Shown in pieces: positions 38,650 to 48,507 of a DNA stretch of 64,000 bases. Source of the stretch: Dudresnaya verticillata (lineage: Eukaryota); contig OZ374562.1 in NCBI GenBank assembly GCA_977862235.1, forward strand, positions 930,001 to 994,000. The letters are read 5' to 3'. Numbering within the stretch: position 1 is the stretch's first letter; each line of letters opens with the position of its first letter. The translations under genes and the position numbers were made by a program. Below the pieces are notes generated by a model, which searched no databases, was not told the DNA's origin, and saw only the letters and a list, made by a program, of their open reading frames with translations.

Positions 38650-39320
38650 CTACGATGATTCCAACTTGTTCAAATCCTATGCAAAGAACCCCACCAGCCC
38701 ACTCAGCGTCTCCGGCGCTTCCTCTTGGCCTGTGAAACTATACGGATACTTCCGGGACTCACATCCAGGTAATGCGCTGAATCCGTAAAGAGAGACGAGC
38801 TGTTCTCCTTCCCTCGCAACCTTCGACAACGACACTCCATGAAGAGTCTCAGTTATTTTGGAACTCTCAGCACTTCGTTGCAGATGCTGTTCCGACCTTG
38901 TCTCCGTCTTGAAGCAGGACTACCTTCGAAGCACCCCGCAGAGGATCAGATTCTGAGCCTTCCGGACTAGTTCGTTTCTGTTTGGCGGGTCGCTGGTCTG
39001 TTACAGTTGATGTTATAACATTCTCCTCATTATGTACTACTTTCCGTCTCTTCTCAGCGGAATCAGTATCGGTAGTCGTTTCGCGGTGTTGCCGTTTGAC
39101 GACAGTGAGTGTGGAAGAGCACTGATTTTCATTACACACATCGACTGCGATTTTCTTCAAACGATCATATGCCAGTCTGAATGTTGCGGGGTTCTGCTCG
39201 ATGCCCACAGTCGGACGCCCCGTTCTCAAACCTGTAATGCAAGTGGTCAGGGTACCTCCGTAGGCATCCAAAACGCGTCCACCATCGGGACAAAAAGTTG
39301 TCATGACCTCCATTTTTGCA
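38650..39320 (-). pseudogene. N4/N6 DNA methyltransferase-like SAM-binding half fused to a C-terminal domain shared with the 31874-32335 ORF
   Basis: FCPDGGRVLDAYGGTLTTCITGLRTGRPTVGIEQNPATFRLAYDRL fits the beta-class VLDPFxGSGTT..GR..IGIE..A..RL consensus; frameshift at ~38870. Confidence 0.7.
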
Positions 39321-39912
39321 GCGCAAGGGCAAGACGAAACCGAAGATAGCACAGGACTCGCTGACAACTCTCATCCAGGCCTGGATTAATACTGAGTTCG
39401 ATCCGTGCCGAGTTGCTTTGTACACCATTCTTGAGCGCTTCAACCTCTGTTGTCAAACTGGAATACCTGTCGCGAAGATTTTCCAGCTCTCCAATTGTCT
39501 TCGTATGTTGAACAGATTCGCGACCAGTCACTGGTATTGCCTGTTCCGTGTACACGTCTGTCTGATCTTCTCTGTCAGATATACGACCTCTTCGCGTAAA
39601 CCCATCAGACGGGCTCGTGTTTTTCCTCCACGACAGCAACAGGCTGTCGTTTGTTTCCCGATCTTCCTCCCAGACCCGAAGAAGCCTACCAGCCAGGAAC
39701 TCGACTTTTTCCACGGATGCCATATAGCCGTATTGGGCGTTTCCGGCATACTCTATTGTCGCGACAGCGATCACATCTCCTTCATCAATTTCATCAACGG
39801 CGAGTACCTCAGCATCCCACCACAGCTCATCCCCATTGTCCATCTCCCAGGCGACTTGCATCCATTCGTTCGCCAGCGGTAGTGCATTCCGCTCTCTGCA
39901 GGCGCGCCTCAT
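39301..39912 (-). CDS. Tudor/Agenet-like beta-barrel plus coiled coil, probably 3'-truncated
   Basis: WMQVAWEMDNGDELWWDAEVLAV..ATIEY; IGELENLRDRYSSLTTEVEALK. Confidence 0.5.
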   Translation of the reverse strand: MRRACRERNALPLANEWMQVAWEMDNGDELWWDAEVLAVDEIDEGDVIAVATIEYAGNAQYGYMASVEKVEFLAGRLLRVWEEDRETNDSLLLSWRKNTSPSDGFTRRGRISDREDQTDVYTEQAIPVTGRESVQHTKTIGELENLRDRYSSLTTEVEALKNGVQSNSARIELSINPGLDESCQRVLCYLRFRLALALQKWRS

Positions 39913-40751
39913 AATACCAACCGCAATTGTAATAACAATTGATTCATTCGGGAGCGGGAAAAGTTGGCTTCAGATCTCTGAAGGGAATTGCGAGAAAGCA
40001 ATCATTGCCATCATGCTCTGTCGAGTTCCGAATATGCGTATACGCCCGAACTTGCACGCTGTTTCAGGCACGATCAAAGAAATGCTTCACAGTACTCAAA
40101 TTTCATGGATTGCAGCAATATTTTCCCTCGCTGCACAAAATGCACCTGGACTGTCTTGCTGAGTGTGCTCAACGTCCATGGACGTACATCAGGTCCTCGA
40201 GGTTAACCTACTGGGAACGGCCGTTACTGTCTTCTACTCAAAACATCTCGAGTTATTGAAGACAATATGCGCGTCACCGGGAGGAAGACTTCCGAGAGAC
40301 GGCGTGAATTGCAAGCCAGTCCCTCCAAAACTCCCAGACAACGGAAGGGGTCTTCGAAGGGAAACGGCTTTGTTGGACCTCCTCGCGAACTTGCTGACAC
40401 TGTGGGAAAGAGGAACAAGTCCGGCTGGGCCTCAAAATTACAGGAATTGTAAATGCCTTCAACGGAACAGAACACACCGGGATCTGACATCATCACTCGA
40501 CGAAGTGATAGACATGGAAGAGAGCATGGTGCTGATCATAGCCCTAAGGGAAGTAAGCGGCCGCTTCTTCATACCCTTCCAGAGACGCAGCCACGACTGG
40601 GTGATGATATATATGACCCCACAACATCTCCGGAGTCACCTCCAATGAGGCGGAGAGCCACTCAAGCTGTAGGAGTTCTCCAGAACGAAGATAACCGAGG
40701 TAGTGATGCAGAGTACCATTCACCCGGGGCCCGGATATTTCCCTCGGTAAA

Positions 40752-42626
40752 ATGAGAAAGATAGCTCTAAAGGTTCCACGGTCTGTGCCCCTAGTACGCA
40801 TAAGTGACGGTGTGGGTGATGATGAAGAGATTGGCCGAAGAGAAGATGTGGATCCGAGGTACCCGACCCCGGGGTCGAAAGGATTACCTCTTGATAGCGG
40901 GGAAGACACTCCTTTGTACATCAGAGGTCGATCCATGTTTATTACTGCACCGAATACGATTAAGCCTGGCCCGGCGCGGATGTTCACTCAGTCTCTGGTT
41001 ATGAGAGACACAGCCGTGAATAACCTCATTGAGCAGATTGAGAGAAGCATCAAGCGTCATGTGGATGCGATTCAGGATGTCGTCTTAAAAACGTTTGCCG
41101 AGCTGGACAAGAATATGGCCGAGGTTCGAAGAGATGTGCAAGACATCCGGTCTGCGGCACAACTGAGGGGGTCCGGGCCCGGATCGTGGCCGGCAGGTGG
41201 CTCTAAGAAGACAGCTCGGGCCATTTTTGACGCCAAACTCGATAACTTCACACGTCATGCCAACTTGGTATTCAACCAAACAGTAATGTACAGAGTGTTC
41301 AGTACTTGCGTTTCCAACTGTGTCTCAAGTGCTGTTTCAAACAATGATGATACCTTGAGGGCGTCGGCCGACACTGTTTGTTCCATCCTATTTGCGAAAC
41401 AAGTTGATCAAGCCAAGAAGACATTCACGGAAGGCACCGGGAGAAGCATTGGTGCGTTTCGGTACTTGGTAGTAACGAATGCAGTATACAACGTTCAGCA
41501 GAACCGCTTCGGTCAGTTCAAGCCTCTACCTGAGATCGATGTGCCTGGAGGGCCTGGTGCCGGCCGGCCGGCCGGTCAAAGTCAGCCCTCGATATCCAAA
41601 TCCGGGGAGGCACCCGCTTCGCAGACGTCAGATATACAGGGCATACCCCCTGGAAACGGAGTAGCTGATGACACTATAGACCACCCCGACCGGCTCAAAC
41701 CGAAGATCATTGCTGAGGAGCATATCAAGAATGCCCGAATGTTATGCGAAATATCAAGTACGAAGACGAGCGATGTGGACGGCCGTCCAACGGTACACTT
41801 AGGCGCAGAACGCGAGGTGCAAGAACGCGCTAAGACAATTGTCGTGAAGGATATGCCGACAAGTCAAGATGTTGCATACTTCGGTGCCTCGAAGATATAC
41901 AAGATTGTTACAGAATGGCTCCGCGAAAGCAGGCAGAAGGCGAAGAACGCTTTGGCAGAAGACCTGACGTACCTTATGGTCAACTGGTCCCAGTTGAACT
42001 GTTCAGGTGTGGAGCAGACCACTGTGCGGGTGCGGTGGTCGACAACAGAAGCAAGTGATGGCACATCTCTGTTAAAAGACGACTTGAACCTTGTAGAAAT
42101 CCCGGAAACAACGCGAAACCCAAAGCGCACTATTTATATTGATGTCGCCAACACAAAGTTGTACAATGGGATACTGAAAGATAGGGTTGATATGATGGTA
42201 AGCGTGTGCCATGACGTCTTCGTGCTTCCATGCGCTGCCGACGGGCGCCAGAGCTCCGATAGGAAATTACGGAAGAGGCAGGGTGGCGAGAAGAAACCGC
42301 TTAAGAGAGTTGTCAACTTAGTTGAGGTGGCAATGAAGTTCTGTGTGGCGTTTACCCAAAGCACATCAAAGGAGTACTCTCCTGAGATTTGCCTTGGGGC
42401 ACATACAAAAGTGCTGCACACAGTGATGTCCATCGCTCATGTTCTGCGCGTTTTGGTGAAGAAGTTTGTCGCAGTGCACTTCGACGGGAGGGGGCGTTTC
42501 CGCGGCCGCGGAATAACGACGAAAGGAATAAAGGTCGGAGCATTGGCACTGGACAAATTATTTGCAGGAAACTCTAATATGAAAAGCGTTTTGACCAGTC
42601 GAGCGTTGCGAATGACCGAGAAGTAA
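40752..42626 (+). CDS. 624-aa unknown protein with N-terminal coiled coil; probably extends both ways past lesions
   Basis: Long uninterrupted ORF inside the CACTA element; heptads LIEQIERSI..LDKNMAEVRRDVQDI. Confidence 0.75.
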   Translation: MRKIALKVPRSVPLVRISDGVGDDEEIGRREDVDPRYPTPGSKGLPLDSGEDTPLYIRGRSMFITAPNTIKPGPARMFTQSLVMRDTAVNNLIEQIERSIKRHVDAIQDVVLKTFAELDKNMAEVRRDVQDIRSAAQLRGSGPGSWPAGGSKKTARAIFDAKLDNFTRHANLVFNQTVMYRVFSTCVSNCVSSAVSNNDDTLRASADTVCSILFAKQVDQAKKTFTEGTGRSIGAFRYLVVTNAVYNVQQNRFGQFKPLPEIDVPGGPGAGRPAGQSQPSISKSGEAPASQTSDIQGIPPGNGVADDTIDHPDRLKPKIIAEEHIKNARMLCEISSTKTSDVDGRPTVHLGAEREVQERAKTIVVKDMPTSQDVAYFGASKIYKIVTEWLRESRQKAKNALAEDLTYLMVNWSQLNCSGVEQTTVRVRWSTTEASDGTSLLKDDLNLVEIPETTRNPKRTIYIDVANTKLYNGILKDRVDMMVSVCHDVFVLPCAADGRQSSDRKLRKRQGGEKKPLKRVVNLVEVAMKFCVAFTQSTSKEYSPEICLGAHTKVLHTVMSIAHVLRVLVKKFVAVHFDGRGRFRGRGITTKGIKVGALALDKLFAGNSNMKSVLTSRALRMTEK

Positions 42627-42799
42627 TACGAGATTCGCAACATTGCAGATCCTATAGACGGCGGAGATGCCGCAACCTGCTGTGACACCGGTGATGTATC
42701 TGGGAGAGGCCTCTCCAAAGAAATTGTTGCAAGCGACAGGAATGGAATCATGGAGGTATAGATGAACAAGTGTTCATCTTTAAAGAAGTGAACTCATAC

Positions 42800-43810
42800 A
42801 GCCTAGGCCTAGGTAATCTGGGCCTACTGTTGTACAACGTGCACAACAGTTAGTTGTATCTGTTAATGAAACGTGAGGATATGTGTTAAACCGCTCCTCA
42901 CCGCCAGGTAGTAGTCACTACTGAGCTATCAAGAGTGGGCCCACTCCTTTCACAATGCATGCCGTCGTGCACAAAATGAAAGCAGGAAGGAGCTAGCTCC
43001 GCAGCAGCTGCTTCAGCCTAGGCTATAGCCTGCAACACCTGGTTGTAACCAAGCAATGTGTTAGACAGCAACTAGCTGCTGTTAGCTAGAAATTGCTTCA
43101 GTTGATAACGTTACAAGTACTTCAGGTATCAGTTCGAAGCCTAGGCTGGATGGGAACTGAAGGACCATGCCCACGCCTTCAACACCGCATGCCGTCGTGC
43201 ACAAAGTGAAAGCAGCAAGCAGCTGCTTTAACATAGGCTATAGCCTGGTTTCAATCTTCAGCCGCAGCTATTAGAGCACGGAGCGGAGCACAATTGAGCC
43301 ATTATGTTGCAAAGGTCTAGCTCCTCGCAGCTTGCAAGCTTAAGCTTTTGTACCACAATTGTACCAGGTAGAAAGAGTGGGCAAACTCCTTCATTATGCC
43401 GTCGTGCGCAACATGAAAGCAGCTGCTGGCAAGCAACTGCTTTAGCCTAGGCTACAGCCTGGTTTCAATGTTCAGTCGCAGTTATATAGCTGCATAGCTC
43501 TCATATGAGAGCACAGCGCGGAGCACAATTGAGCTGTTATGTTGTAAAGGTCTAGCTCCTCGCAGCTTGCAAGCTTAAGCTTTTATACCACAATCGTACC
43601 ATGGTAGAAAGAGTGGACCCACTCCTTCATTATGCCGTCGTGCACAAAACAAAAGCAGCTGCTAGCAAGCAACTGCTTTAGCATAGGCTATAGCCTGGTT
43701 GTAATCAAGCAATGTGAGCAATAAGCAGCAAGCAACTGCTTGACAATAGGCAACAGCCTGGTTGCAACCAAGAAACGTGTTTAACAGGAGCTAGCAGCTA
43801 GCTAGCAGGT
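42800..43810. repeat. Degenerate tandem array, about 4 units of ~200-240 bp
   Basis: ATGCCGTCGTGC(A/G)CAA at ~42959, 43188, 43396, 43632; repeated AGGCTA(T/C)AGCCTG; lies between convergent genes. Confidence 0.85.
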
Positions 43811-43860
43811 CATTATTTACATGTAAAGCTTTGCAAATATAGATGAAAACTGAAGGACAA

Positions 43861-46800
43861 TCAGTAGCGGCCCGGGCCCGGGTTGTGACTCGGACCAGCT
43901 CCTTTATCGCAGCCTCGCGGTAGGAACGGCATGTAAGGGTGAGCCTCGTCTCTCGGGTGAGCATCGCCCCTCGGGTGTGCCTCGCCTCTGGGGTGTCGCT
44001 CGCAGTCGATACCCGGCTCATGCGCACGTTCAACTTCCGTGTAACGGTCATCACGATGATAGGCGTATCCTGAGCGGTCCGCATTATGGCCGTTATGGTA
44101 CGGCGTTTCGCACTCGCGGCGGCCGCCGCCACCCCTTGTGGTACCATAGCTATTCATTGGAGGCCCGGGCCTCTGATGGCCATCGGTCATATGATCATAA
44201 GGGCGGCCACGAAACCTTCCAGCGTTATTGACTTTGTAGTTCCCGCGGTCGTATCCGTTATACTTGTCGCGGTCGTACCCACGATAGTTGCCACGGTCGT
44301 GCAAGAGGGAATGCCCTTGGTAGTTGCCACGGTCGGGCCCTTGATAGTTGCCACGGTCGTACCCTTCATAGGTGCGACGGGCACGAACCTCATCATGGAC
44401 ATGTCTAGGGTGCATGAACGCATTACGCCCACGTTGAGCAGGCCCACGTGGAGCACACGGGTCGCGATACCCCGGGCCCTGAGCAGGAGGCCTTGCGGCA
44501 GGCCGGCAGGAGGGCTCTCCATCACCCACTCTCCCAACGAACTGTGCTAAGTCATCTCTCTCAGCACGTAGCGCTTCCATGGAGAAAATAATCTCATTAA
44601 GATTCCGCGTCGTGTGCGTTACCGTCTCAAAAAGCTTTCTCGCCAGCCTCTCAACAGTAATGAAGTCATGCTGTATCCAACCGTGCAGCCTGATGTGTGT
44701 TTCCAGGCCTGGAATCTCGGCCAAGTCTCTGAGGCCGATGCGCAGTGGGAGCGGGGTGGAGGCGCGCATTTCCTGCCGACGGAATTGACGCACGCTGAGC
44801 TTAATATGACGGAACTTAGAGTCAAGCATGGCCTTCCTCCCGGCCGGGGGTTCCCAGCAATGTTGCCGGTTCCAATAACACTGTTAATGAAGAAGCTCCG
44901 TGTCAGACCTTCAAACGGTAACATCAACTCGTTCCGCTTCGACACGTGCATCGCATTCGAAGCTAGCATCCGCGAAATGACAACATCACAGTCCTTTCTG
45001 GTGCATGGAAAACCCTTCCCATTCATGCTAACAATCTGAACATCTCCCACAACCTGCTTGATCGTGTGGATGGTTTCCCTTTCCAAGATGAACGCGCGGC
45101 CGCCGCGAATCGCCTCATTATGCCAGGTAGCGGCCAGGAGACCAAGAAACGCAACCTTTAGGATCTCGTTCAAGCGCTCACGTCTATCCATGTTACTGCC
45201 GTCAACTATTTCCTGGTGATAGTACCACACACAAGGGGGGAGGGGGACTGGAAGCGTTGCTGGTACCTGGAGGTTGGATAACCACACAGGCGTCGCCGGG
45301 AAGACCTTCCTCATCTCCTGAAGTGTGTAGCGCTTTGTATCATACGCGTCAAAAGGTACGAACAGACCACAGGATTCTCGGGCCCAAGCTTCATAGATAA
45401 ACGCGGGTCTGTACCTGAATTCATTCCACCAACGGCCTAGAATGGGGTCACTGAAGAGAGGGTGGTCTTTACACAGCGCGGCAGCAGCTCGTGCAAGTAC
45501 ACGTCCATCTCATCATTGTAGTAACACTCTACCTCACCCCGAGCGAATGTTCTGTCGACCTGCATCGTGTTCGGAAGTCCATACCATGGTCTCTCGGCAG
45601 TCATGAGAGACCATGCATCATTCACTGATTGCTGATCCTGCTCGTAGAGGTTCAGATACCGCTTCGCGTATGCTTTCATGTCGGTCAGCTCCCGCTTCAG
45701 AAAATGTGTGAACGAAATGACGTGGAGCACTCCAGCACTCCACGAATGCCTTGCGCTCAACCGGGGCTTATCAAGCGCCATCGCATCAAGATTGTCCCTC
45801 CATTCGGGAGGAGCCCCTTCCCATCCTCCACGCGGCTGCATGCGTGGCAGCTTCGCCCACGCGGAATTGAAGGTTGGAACAACAGCAACCTGAGCATCAT
45901 GCGCGGCTGCGCCCTGACCATGGGGACCATCCATTGCGCGTGACGATCCCATTCGCATTTCTCCTGGAGTGCGTTGAATAACGCGCATCGACTCCGCGAA
46001 AGTCAGGTACGGAACAGGCGTTGCCTGCATCTGCAATGGCATTCCTGGCCTATCATCTCGAACCGCAGCAGAAGCTTGAGCAGCGCGACCATCGGCCGCT
46101 GGCCCAGACCTTGGCGCCTCACCAGGCGCGCCTCGTCGCGACGACGTGGCTTGACTTGTGCCCTTCGTGGGAGACCTTTTCCTCTTTCCCTGCGAATCTG
46201 TGTCCTGGGCGGCCGCCCTTTTCCGCTTTCCCAACGATGGAAGTTCTTCCAGGTCTGGTAGTTCCTCGGCGGTATTGTAGGGACCATAATTCTTCCGCAG
46301 CTTGGTCAACTGAGCTTCATTATCGACATCAATGACATCACTGAGCTCTCCATCTTCATTGGCCCGTGATTCCTCACCCTGGGTACTCTTCTGTGCTGGC
46401 ACCCCGGCCGGGGTCTTGCTCGCAGGCTGGACGTCTGCAGCCTTGTTAGCAACCTCAGACGCAGAGCGCGGCCCCGCGGGGGTGTGAAATCCAATTGTAC
46501 CCCCATCTGTCAAACGCCTGACAAAGTCCACGTTTTCAGGACTCGTGCCATTATCCAGCAACTTCTTCTTGAAAGCTTCTTTGCCCGCGCTGGAAGTGGC
46601 CACTTCCAGCTCCACCTCATGTGTTGCACCGCGGTCCCCGCCGGGGCCGGCCGGGGCTGGAGCCTCGCTCGCCACTGGGAGCTGCCTATCATGGAGCTCG
46701 TTCTGTGTGGCCATGGGGATGTCCGTTGCTTCTGCGGGCTGCTGAAGAACGACCTTCTTCGTCCTGGGTGATTCTCTACGCGTTGTCTGATTGCCTTCAT

Positions 46801-47640
46801 CAGAGGCTGCGGCTGCATCCTCGCCAGTAGACAAAGCGCGTTTGGGGGTTGGGGTCTTGTTCTTGACCACCGTACTCTTCGAGGCCGCCTGCTGCTCTGC
46901 GTCTGCTTCGGTCGGCGCAGCTTGACTACGAATACCGGTAACAGGGCCGGTAGCAGGGCCCTGCTTGGGAGGTACCGTAACAGCGGGGGCAGACCCTGAA
47001 GATCTAGTCTTCGGCTTCGAACGGGTAGGCTTCGATATCGAGGACCTCTTGGAAACCTTATTCTTGCCCAACGCTCTAGTGGCAGACTTAGTAGCGGCGG
47101 CCGCCGCCCTCGTCTTCGAACGCACCGGAGTCTTCACTGTCTTGTCTGTAACTCCGGATTTTCCCGGGCGTTTCCGCGTCGCCGAGCGCATCGCTCCAGG
47201 TTTTGGCGCCGCGGGAGCCGAGCTGGCGCAGAGGTCGAGCGTTTGGGAGCTGGCCGGTTCTTCTCCACATCTTCGGATGGAGCGGTGCGCGCGGGCGCAG
47301 GCGCGGACGCAGGCATGGGAGCGGGCGCGGGAGCGGGCGCAGGCGCGGGTGCAGGCGTGGGAGTGGGCGTGGGCGCGGGCGCGGGTGCAGGCCCAGGCCC
47401 GGGCGCGGGTGCAGGCGCAGGCGCGCCCGGAGCAAGCGCGGGTGCGAGCTCGGGTGCAGGCGCGGGCGCGGGAGAAGACACAGGAGCTGGAGCCAGCGCG
47501 GGCGCGGGTATAGGTGAGGCCGCGGGCGCGGGTACAGGTGAGGCCGCGGGCGCGGGTACAGGTGAGGCCGCGGGCGCGGCCGCGATGCCGTTCTTAGATG
47601 ACGTGCCCATGGGCACTTTGGAGTTGTCGGTACCCATCAC
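43861..47640 (-). pseudogene. Large cargo ORF (~1250 codons, frameshifted): Pro-Ala repeat, K/S/T-rich disordered region, core homologous to the Gypsy antisense ORFs, coiled coil, DRGNY and HPRG repeats
   Basis: Overlapping pieces 47134-47994, 45437-47191, 44619-45440 and 43861-44829. Confidence 0.75.
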
Positions 47641-48507
47641 GAAAACCTGGAGGTGGGAGGGTGTAGTCCGGGTTGTGGTTGCCGGAGAGAGGGAGCGGTG
47701 GGACTCATTTTGCTCTGATATGACGTATTTTGCAGGCTTGATGACGACCGAAAATCGCCGCTCAATGCCGTGCCAAATCATCGATCTGGGCTGGTATGAC
47801 AGATCTTGGGCCCTGCATGCAGGCTGCAGGCCCGGCCGGGCCCAGATTCCCTTTTTCTGGTAATAGTTCTGGAACAAACGGGCGGCAATGCGGCTCACAA
47901 CAGAGCCGTGATCGCGGCATGCGCCGCTGTGCACCAGGCAGGCCTGCCTGCAGGCGTACCGGCACGACCAATCACATCTACCCTCTTGTCCCATGGCACA
48001 CGTAAGGCGTGGCTGTACTCAAGTGAAAAACGTCATTGGCTCCAAATGGCCGAATGAGGCCCGCAATACGGGCAAACTATGCGCAGTTTCCAGTACTGGA
48101 CCGCCCAAATGCAAGTATTTGGATTTCAAACAGGCGGTTGTGCTTGTTTCACTGCGGCCGCAGTTTTGGCTCCCGAAAATCTGCTACGCTGCTACCGCTT
48201 TCCGCGTCGCTACGCTCTTCTCGCACACCGAACTCACTCCATGGTGAACAGTCTTCACCTCATCATCCGGTATCGCCATTAACGCTTCGTCCTGAGAGTG
48301 CAGCGCAGTAGTGCTGGCAGACTTGCAACCCAGAACGCGCTCCGTGATTCACCTTCTTCAAATCATCAACAGGGCCCGAGATTTGCTTTCCGCCGTGCTG
48401 CTCAAAACCTTGGAACGCGCCTCAGGGTACGTCCTGGCGAATAAGTATCCTATTTGGTCGCCATCCCCACGCGCGGCCGCGTCGCGGTATACGATTGAGT
48501 TTCGTTA

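Noticed and set aside
46965..47863. Plus-strand Gly-Ala and Arg-Ala-Gln rich ORFs
   Set aside because: They are shadow frames of the minus-strand Pro-Ala repeat.
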